A stretch of 64,000 nucleotides of DNA. Source: Eledone cirrhosa (Eukaryota). The position numbers and the translations under genes were made by a program. This document shows, in pieces, positions 52,892 to 64,000 of this stretch (positions are counted from its first letter, which is position 1; each line of letters begins with the position of its first letter). The notes under the pieces are model-generated. The model was not told the DNA's origin. It saw only the letters and a program-made list of their open reading frames with translations, and did no database searches. The stretch spans positions 303,118,001 to 303,182,000 of the forward strand of contig OZ024743.1 in assembly GCA_964016885.1 (NCBI GenBank), in the 5' to 3' direction.

Positions 52892-54796
52892 TATAATGAT
52901 AAGGTATAAGGATTCAGTGTTGCATCATATCATATTTAATAACATATTAGATGTTTCTCCTTCGATCAGCTCGAGGCAAGATCTATTATAGATCGAACCT
53001 GACTCTGTAATCGAAAGACGTCAGATATGTTGGGTCTGCCTGATAACGGTGTCATAGATGTGATGTCTTTGCCCATAAAGATATGTACCCTATATCATGA
53101 TTGTCATCTTCACCGACCTCTTACAAAAGCTACAGCGAATATAATCGTTTATGACAAAAGCATATTCGGCACCTATCAGTTTAATATTAGTTTAAATGTA
53201 TGTCTGGAGAGAGAGTATTTCCAAAATTTACAATTCGAGTCACAAGTCAATATTCCTCCTATGCAGCGTGGATATATAACAGCTCCATTTTTAAAACAAA
53301 GAAAACGAACCAAGAGTTATGCATTATAATGAACAATAATTACTGATGTGCAAGAATTAATTTGATGTTTTAGTTTAAATCTCTACTGCTTAATTATGCG
53401 CAGCACAATTAAATGTCACCAACATAATTGTGTCGTACGTCTAAATATTCACATAATAAGGATTACCACTGAAATATTTATTTCAAGAATTATAAGATGT
53501 TGTAGATAAAGTAGAATTGGTTGGTGCAGTGTGGTGTCAGATATATCATGGAGTAATTATATTGATTATGCCAAATATACTTCCTAATTGCATTTAAAAC
53601 AATGGAAAATTTGCCGCAAATTTATTACATTAAAATGCGATGTGGGTTTCTAAAATAATGTGTGTGTCTGTGTATGTTTGTGTCCATATGTGTGTCATGT
53701 GTATGTGTGCGTTTCATGTCAATGATCTATATAGCTATATGAGCTGTAATTCCACATTTCATATATTCCATATAAATTGTATATGTGGACAGGAGGTGCC
53801 AGAAATCAAATTCGTGTAATTGCAGGTAACCTTTCTTATTGTTACTTTCTTTTTACTTTCATTATTTTGCACCCTAAGCTGGGTGGAGAAAGTAGGTAAT
53901 GGATTAAATTTCATATATATTCTGTATTAATGTACATATAATTTCATATAATGTCTAAGTTATTTTATCACTACTAGAAATCGTAAACATTTCTTTACGT
54001 GTCTTCCATTTGCTGAATTAAAATTTTCTTTACTACACTTTCTTACCCAAGAACAGGTCTTTGTTATTTTTCTATTCATATTTGTATGACATCACCTAGG
54101 GGAATATAGTAACAGTTAATATACAGTTAACTGATACAATTAGAAGATATTGCTTGTAAAATGTTATGCATATATTTTAAATGTTTCTATATAGACAACG
54201 GGAAAGATATAATCAGAAAAACAAAATTAATTGCGTTATCTTCAAAATAAACGTTCTTTTTGAAAACAGAAAATTGATGAACTTAAAAAAAGGTCTGCAT
54301 TCCGACATTACAGAATTTACTTCCAAATAGTTCTAAATTGTATCATAACATTCGGAGTTACGATACTTCATAACATTTAAATGTTAAAATGGTGACCTGA
54401 AGATTCCTTCAAATACAGATGGCGTACACATGTCAATATGTGGAATATTTGTGTAACAGCTTCTGTGTGACGGAATAATTACACCATCTGAGGAAACAGT
54501 CACCGTCATATAAATGTATATCTATGCGAAATATAGCACAATTAATAGAATAGACGTAACTATTTCTAAAATTGTATACACAGGCAATAAAAATTTCATT
54601 TACATATTTCACATAACATTCTTGTCCATAACGTTTGCATGTTGTTATTGGTTCAAAGTTTCTACCCACTAAGACCAAGTATGTCTATGGTTGACACCTG
54701 TTGTGAGCACACGAGATTGGTCGATCCGATAGACTGATAGATGAATATATATATATGTATATATACACATACAAACACACGCACACCCACACACAA

Positions 54797-54878
<82 letters not shown>

Positions 54879-55046
54879 ATGTTAGGGAATTCCGAAGAAA
54901 AAGCAAAGGAAAAAAGAGTTCTCTATTTATAAAACAGAGGTATCTAATTAGAAAGTTCAGTTTCTAACTTTATATATATAGTTATACACATATACAGTCA
55001 GCTTCCTGATGATTTCTCACTTAAACATTTCTGGACCTGTAGAAGA

Positions 55047-55247
<201 letters not shown>

Positions 55248-55409
55248 GCAATATTGATTTAACACTTCACTGCTCGCGAGTGTTTTTTAAGCTTCATATC
55301 ATGTCTCCCCATTGTATCTGATGAGAATGAAAATATCATCCCATGATGACATTTTTTTTGAAATGCGCATATTAGAATACTTGGAATTCTTTTAACCATC
55401 TTTTGAATT

Positions 55410-55468
<59 letters not shown>

Positions 55469-55550
55469 AGAGAGAGTATTGACGTTTGCCTGAAGCATTG
55501 TAGAATAATAAGATTTATTCTCTTTAGGTTGTTTTGAAAGCCTTAATAAT

Positions 55551-55729
55551 TGTTTCTACTTTAGGCACAAGGCCACCAATTACCCAGTGCATTACTGGTA
55601 CTTTATTTTATCGACCCCGTAAGGATGAAAGGCAAAGTCAACCTCGGCGGGATTTGAACTCAGATCGTAAAGGGACGTAACTATGCTGGAAAGCATGGCG
55701 TCCGACCCTCTACCGATACTGCCAATCCA
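55551..55729 (-). mobile_element. Young SINE with AATAAT target-site duplication
   Basis: AATAAT at 55545-55550 and 55730-55735; empty site at 58987-58992 in the paralog. Confidence 0.9.
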
Positions 55730-55934
55730 AATAATGCATATGTGTAAGTCTCCGAGTAACAGCATCCGGTGGTGAAGAGATAGATGTCAGGGAATGCAGA
55801 ATGAGATGTATAGTGTGTAGAGGAACGTAGGAAAGAGCGTAAAATATAAAAATAATAACGCAAGATAGAATTACCTTGGGAGAGATTTAATTGTCCCTAC
55901 ATTTCAGATTCGCGTCCATCAACTGGGGAATATG

Positions 55935-55965
<31 letters not shown>

Positions 55966-56021
55966 GCATGCTACTGTACGTCTGTATACATATATGTATG
56001 TACGTATACATACATACTTAC

Positions 56022-56099
<78 letters not shown>

Positions 56100-56104
56100 G
56101 TATA

Positions 56105-56308
<204 letters not shown>

Positions 56309-56337
56309 AGGGTATATATATATATATATATATATAT

Positions 56338-57035
56338 ATCTTAGTGAGTTTCTTGGTCAGTGTCCAAGTCTCAGACCCATACAACAGCACAGTCTCCACT
56401 AAAGCAATGAAGAGGCGGATTTTCAGTTCTCTACGAAGGTCCGACTCCCACACCGATCTCAAGCTGTGGCACGCCGCCCAGGCCTTGTTCTTCCTCTCAA
56501 CCACATCATCCTCCGCATTCCAAATCTTTGATCCCAAATACAGGAAGTCCTCAACCAATTCCAGCGGCTTCCCACCTACATTAGTGATCCCCTCTGGCCT
56601 TTCAACATTCTCTACCAGATATTTTGTTTTAGTCTCATTCATTCTCAGCCCCACACTCATCGATACAGTCTCAACCTCCCGCATCAAATCCTCTGCCTCC
56701 TTCACTGAATTTGTCACCAAAACTATGTCCTCGGCAAATTCAGCATCCGATACCTTTTTCGCCTTAACTCTCCTGCTCTGAGCCGGTGCCTCAGTAAAGC
56801 CAGAGTGCTGGTGTTTCTCCAGTGCAAGGCGCATTCAATAGTCCACTATGATGATAAAAAAGTAGTGAGCCAATGTATCTCCCTGGAGCACTCCAGCCAG
56901 TATGTCAAAGAACTCTGTCATCCCATCAGGTGTAATGGCCTGGGCTTTGTGTATTGGGGTAGAGCAGTGATATCAGGTCCACTATCTTCTTGGGGATTCC
57001 ATAAGACTGTAAGATCTTCATCAGGCAGTAACGGT
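56338..57035 (-). mobile_element. RTE-type LINE RT fragment bounded by (TA)n (copy 1)
   Basis: [55 protein letters not shown]. Confidence 0.85.
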
Positions 57036-57252
57036 ATATATATATATATATCTATATGTATATATATATGTATATATATATATATCTATATGTATATATA
57101 TAGGTATATATATATATATCTATATGTATATATATATGTATATATATATGTATATCTATATATATCTATATGTATATATATATGTATATATATATGTATA
57201 TATATATGTATATATATATATATCTATAAGTATATATATATGTATATATATC

Positions 57253-57299
<47 letters not shown>

Positions 57300-57477
57300 G
57301 TATATATATATATATAGAGAGAGAATTAGCCGTCGACACGGCTTGAGCTCAGCCGTCGGGGTCTTACTTGTTCCTATTACCCACTCTACTACCCTAAGTA
57401 TTGAGTACTTTGGTGCGTTTTGGTCCATATATATCTATATGTATATACATATGTATATATATCTATATATCTATATG

Positions 57478-57738
<261 letters not shown>

Positions 57739-57801
57739 CTATATCTATATGTATATACATATGTATATATATATATCTATATGTATTTATATATGTATAT
57801 A

Positions 57802-57858
<57 letters not shown>

Positions 57859-57865
57859 GTATATA

Positions 57866-58052
<187 letters not shown>

Positions 58053-58213
58053 GAATATATATATATATATCTATATGTATATACATATGTATATATATAT
58101 ATATCTATATGTATATATATATATATCTATATGTATATACATATGTATATATATATATATCTATATGTATATACATATGTATGTATATATCTCTATATGT
58201 ATATATATATGTG

Positions 58214-58246
<33 letters not shown>

Positions 58247-58443
58247 GTATATTTATATATCTATATGTATATATATATGTATATATATATATATATATCT
58301 ATATGTATATATATATGTATATATTTATATATCTATATGTATATATATATGTATATATATATATATCTATATGTATATATATATGTATATATATATGTAT
58401 ATATATATATATATCTATAAGTATATATATATGTATATATATC

Positions 58444-58523
<80 letters not shown>

Positions 58524-58688
58524 TATCCGTCGACACGGCTTGAGCTCAGCCGTCGGGGTCTTACTTGTTCCTATTACCCACTCTACAACCCTAAGTATTG
58601 AGTACTTTGGTGCGTTTTGGTCCATATATATCTATATGTATATACATATGTATATATATATATCTATATGTATATATATATGTATATA

Positions 58689-58761
<73 letters not shown>

Positions 58762-58762
58762 G

Positions 58763-58826
<64 letters not shown>

Positions 58827-58836
58827 TATGTATATA

Positions 58837-58910
<74 letters not shown>

Positions 58911-59191
58911 AGAGAGAGTATTGACGTTTGCCTGAAGCATTGTAGAATAATAAGATTTATTCTCTTTAGGTTGTTTTGAAAGCCTTAATAATGCATATGT
59001 GTAAATCTCCGAGTAACAGCATCCGGTGGTGAAGAGATAGATGTCAGGGAATGCAAAATGAGATGTATAGTGTGTAGAGGAACGTAGGAAAGAGCGTAAA
59101 ATATAAAAATAATAACGCAAGATAGAATTACCTTGGGAGAGATTTAATTGTCCCTACATTTCAGATTCGCGTCCATCAACTGGGGAATATG

Positions 59192-59222
<31 letters not shown>

Positions 59223-59278
59223 GCATGCTACTGTACGTCTGTATACATATATGTATGTACGTATACATACATACTTAC

Positions 59279-59354
<76 letters not shown>

Positions 59355-59365
59355 GTATATATATG

Positions 59366-59531
<166 letters not shown>

Positions 59532-59560
59532 AGGGTATATATATATATATATATATATAT

Positions 59561-60255
59561 ATCTTAGTGAGTTTCTTGGTCAGTGTCCAAGTCTCAGACC
59601 CATACAACAGCACAGTCTCCACTAAAGCAATGAAGAGGCGGATTTTCAGGTCTCTACGAAGGTCCGACTCCCACACCGATCTCAAGCTGTGGCACGCCGC
59701 CCAGGCCTTGTTCTTCCTCTCACCCACATCATCCTCCGCATTCCAAATCTTTGATCCCAAATACAGGAAGTCCTCAACCAATTCCAGCGGCTTCCCACCT
59801 ACATTAGTGATCCCCTCTGGCCTCTCAACATTCTCTACCAGATATTTTGTTTTAGTCTCATTCATTCTCAGCCCCACACTCATCGATACAGTCTCAACCT
59901 CCCGCATCAAATCCTCTGCCTCCTTCACTGAATTTGTCACCAAAACTATGTCCTCGGCAAATTCAGCATCCGATACCTTTTTCGCCTTAACTCTCGCTCT
60001 GAGCCGGTGCCTCAGTAAAGCCAGAGTGCTGGTGTTTCTCCAGTGCAAGGCGCATTCAATAGTCCACTATGATGATAAAAAAGTAGTGAGCCAATGTATC
60101 TCCCTGGAGCACTCCAGCCAGTATGTCAAAGAACTCTGTCATCCCATCAGGTGTAATGGCCTGGGCTTTGTGTGTTGGGGTAGAGCAGTGATATCAGGTC
60201 CACTATCTTCTTGGGGATTCCATAAGACTGTAAGATCTTCATCAGGCAGTAACGG
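59561..60255 (-). mobile_element. RTE-type LINE RT fragment (copy 2)
   Basis: Near-identical paralog of 56338-57035. Confidence 0.85.
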
Positions 60256-60463
60256 TATATATATATATATATATCTATATGTATATATATATGTATATAT
60301 ATATATATCTATATGTATATATATAGGTATATATATATATATCTATATGTATATATATATGTATATATATATGTATATATATATATATCTATATGTATAT
60401 ATATATGTATATATATATGTATATATATATATATCTATAAGTATATATATATGTATATATATC

Positions 60464-60510
<47 letters not shown>

Positions 60511-60706
60511 GTATATATATATAGAGAGAGAGAGAATTAGCCGTCGACACGGCTTGAGCTCAGCCGTCGGGGTCTTACTTGTTCCTATTACCCACTCTAC
60601 TACCCTAAGTATTGAGTACTTTGGTGCGTTTTGGTCCATATATATATATATGTATATACATATGTATATATATCTATATATCTAGATGTATATATATATG
60701 TATATA

Positions 60707-60951
<245 letters not shown>

Positions 60952-61014
60952 CTATATCTATATGTATATACATATGTATATATATATATCTATATGTATA
61001 TATATATGTATATA

Positions 61015-61079
<65 letters not shown>

Positions 61080-61086
61080 GTATATA

Positions 61087-61269
<183 letters not shown>

Positions 61270-61660
61270 GAATATATATATCTATATGTATATACATATG
61301 TATATATATATATATCTATATGTATATATATATATATATCTATATGTATATACATATGTATATATATATATATCTATATGTATATACATATGTATGTGTA
61401 TATCTCTATATGTATATATATATGTATATATATATATATATCTATATGTATATATATATGTATATTTATATATCTATATGTATATATATATGTATATATA
61501 TATATATATATATCTATATGTATATATATATGTATATATTTATATATCTATATGTATATATATATGTATATATATATATATATCTATATGTATATATATA
61601 TGTATATATATATGTATATATATATATATATCTATAAGTATATATATATGTATATATATC

Positions 61661-61744
<84 letters not shown>

Positions 61745-61909
61745 TAGCCGTCGACGCGGCTTGAGCTCAGCCGTCGGGGTCTTACTTGTTCCTATTACCC
61801 ACTCTACAACCCTAAGTATTGAGTACTTTGGTGCGTTTTGGTCCATATATATCTATATGTATATACATATGTATATATATATATCTATATGTATATATAT
61901 ATGTATATA

Positions 61910-62006
<97 letters not shown>

Positions 62007-62007
62007 G

Positions 62008-62040
<33 letters not shown>

Positions 62041-62079
62041 GTATATATATATATATATATATACATATATATGTATATA

Positions 62080-62232
<153 letters not shown>

Positions 62233-62369
62233 GTATATATATATATATGTATATATGACTCCAGTTCCCCAGTGAATTAACAACCCAGCAAGGAACTGGG
62301 CATATCAGAGTATTGACAATATCATACACCTAAACAACATATGTACTTGTCTATACCATACTAATTCAA

Positions 62370-62424
62370 ACTGCCTGAAGAGGTCACAGCGAAAGATGGC
62401 TGTCACTGAAATATATATAGCAGT
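62370..62424 (+). ncRNA. Minimal type I hammerhead ribozyme followed by AATAAA
   Basis: ACTGC-CTGAAGA-GGTCACAGC gaaagatg GCTGTCACT-GAAA-TATATA-TA-GCAGT-AATAAA. Confidence 0.8.
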
Positions 62425-62576
62425 AATAAACGAAGCTAAATTTTAATCATTTGACTTTTATTTAACTTTATTTTACACTACTCCGGAGTTACCAAACCAA
62501 CCTGCGCACATCGTCGAGTGCTCCAGCCTGCATACTGAGGTGTTGGTATACAACCAACATAAACTCAAAATGTATA

Positions 62577-62656
<80 letters not shown>

Positions 62657-62679
62657 TATGTATATATACGTATGTATAT

Positions 62680-62722
<43 letters not shown>

Positions 62723-62723
62723 C

Positions 62724-62795
<72 letters not shown>

Positions 62796-63049
62796 GTATA
62801 TATATATATATATATAGAGAGAATTAGCCGTCGACACGGCTTGAGCTCAGCCGTCGGGGTCTTACTTGTTCCTATTACCCACTCTACTACCCTAAGTATT
62901 GAGTACTTTGGTGCGTTTTGGTCCACCTGGTTCCTTACCACATTTCCTTCGTTATACATATATATATATATATACATAACTATCACCTATACTCCCTTGT
63001 TTTCTCTCTCTCGATACCTAAATTCTGTATATATCTATATATATATATT

Positions 63050-63118
<69 letters not shown>

Positions 63119-63218
63119 TTGGTTGATAGAAAAGGGAATTCATTAAAAACTAACTCTACAAAGCTATAGTTAATTTTTATTTTTTATTTTTTATTTTACA
63201 GTAAAAATAAAAATTAAC

Positions 63219-63288
<70 letters not shown>

Positions 63289-63326
63289 TATATATATAGA
63301 TATATATATATATATATATATGTAGA

Positions 63327-63370
<44 letters not shown>

Positions 63371-63800
63371 TTATTATATATATATATGTATATATATATA
63401 TCTATATGTATATACATATGTATATATATCTATATCTATATGTATATATATATCTATATGTATATACATATGTATATATATATATATCTATATGTATATA
63501 CATATGTATGTATATATCTCTATATGTATATATATATGTATATATATATATATATCTATATGTATATATATATGTATATTTATATATCTATATGTATATA
63601 TATATGTATATATATATATATATCTATATGTATATATATATGTATATATATATATATATATCTATATCTATATATATATGTATATATATATATATCTATA
63701 TGTATATGTATATGTATATATATATGTATATATATATATATCTATATGTATATATATATGTATATATATATGTATATATATATATATCTATATGTATATA

Positions 63801-63849
<49 letters not shown>

Positions 63850-64000
63850 ATATGTATATATATATGTATATATATCTATATATATATATATGTATATATA
63901 TATTATATGTATATATATATATATGTATACTATATATATATATATATAATTAGCCGTCGACACGGCTTGAGCTCAGCCGTCGGGGTCTTACTTGTTCCTA

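Overview
Eukaryotic, AT-rich, repeat-saturated genomic DNA. It is most likely cephalopod (octopod); this is an inference from the SINE families and the very long (TA)n/(CA)n/(ATT)n tracts. I see no convincing host protein-coding exon, and nearly all long ORFs in the track are microsatellite artefacts (YI/VC/TH repeats). The window is mostly decayed transposons: R4/Dong (RLE) LINE pieces in TAA repeats, an internally deleted Tx1/L1-type LINE, Penelope-like elements (Naiad-type RT+GIY-YIG, Neptune/Poseidon-type GIY-YIG), RTE LINE fragments, pogo, mariner, Chapaev3, Helitrons, a very old Gypsy remnant and more than a dozen tRNA-derived SINEs. The most interesting signal is a set of sequence-unrelated type I hammerhead ribozyme (HHR) motifs. 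Two sit inside small non-coding units of 466 and 551 nt that share a 'partial tandem + 5-prime inverted arm' architecture next to (TA)n tracts, which makes them retrozyme / non-autonomous Penelope pLTR-like elements. A broken HHR half has also been amplified as an A/B higher-order satellite inside about 9 kb of cryptic (TA)n at the right end. All structures were folded by eye and none has been computationally or experimentally validated.
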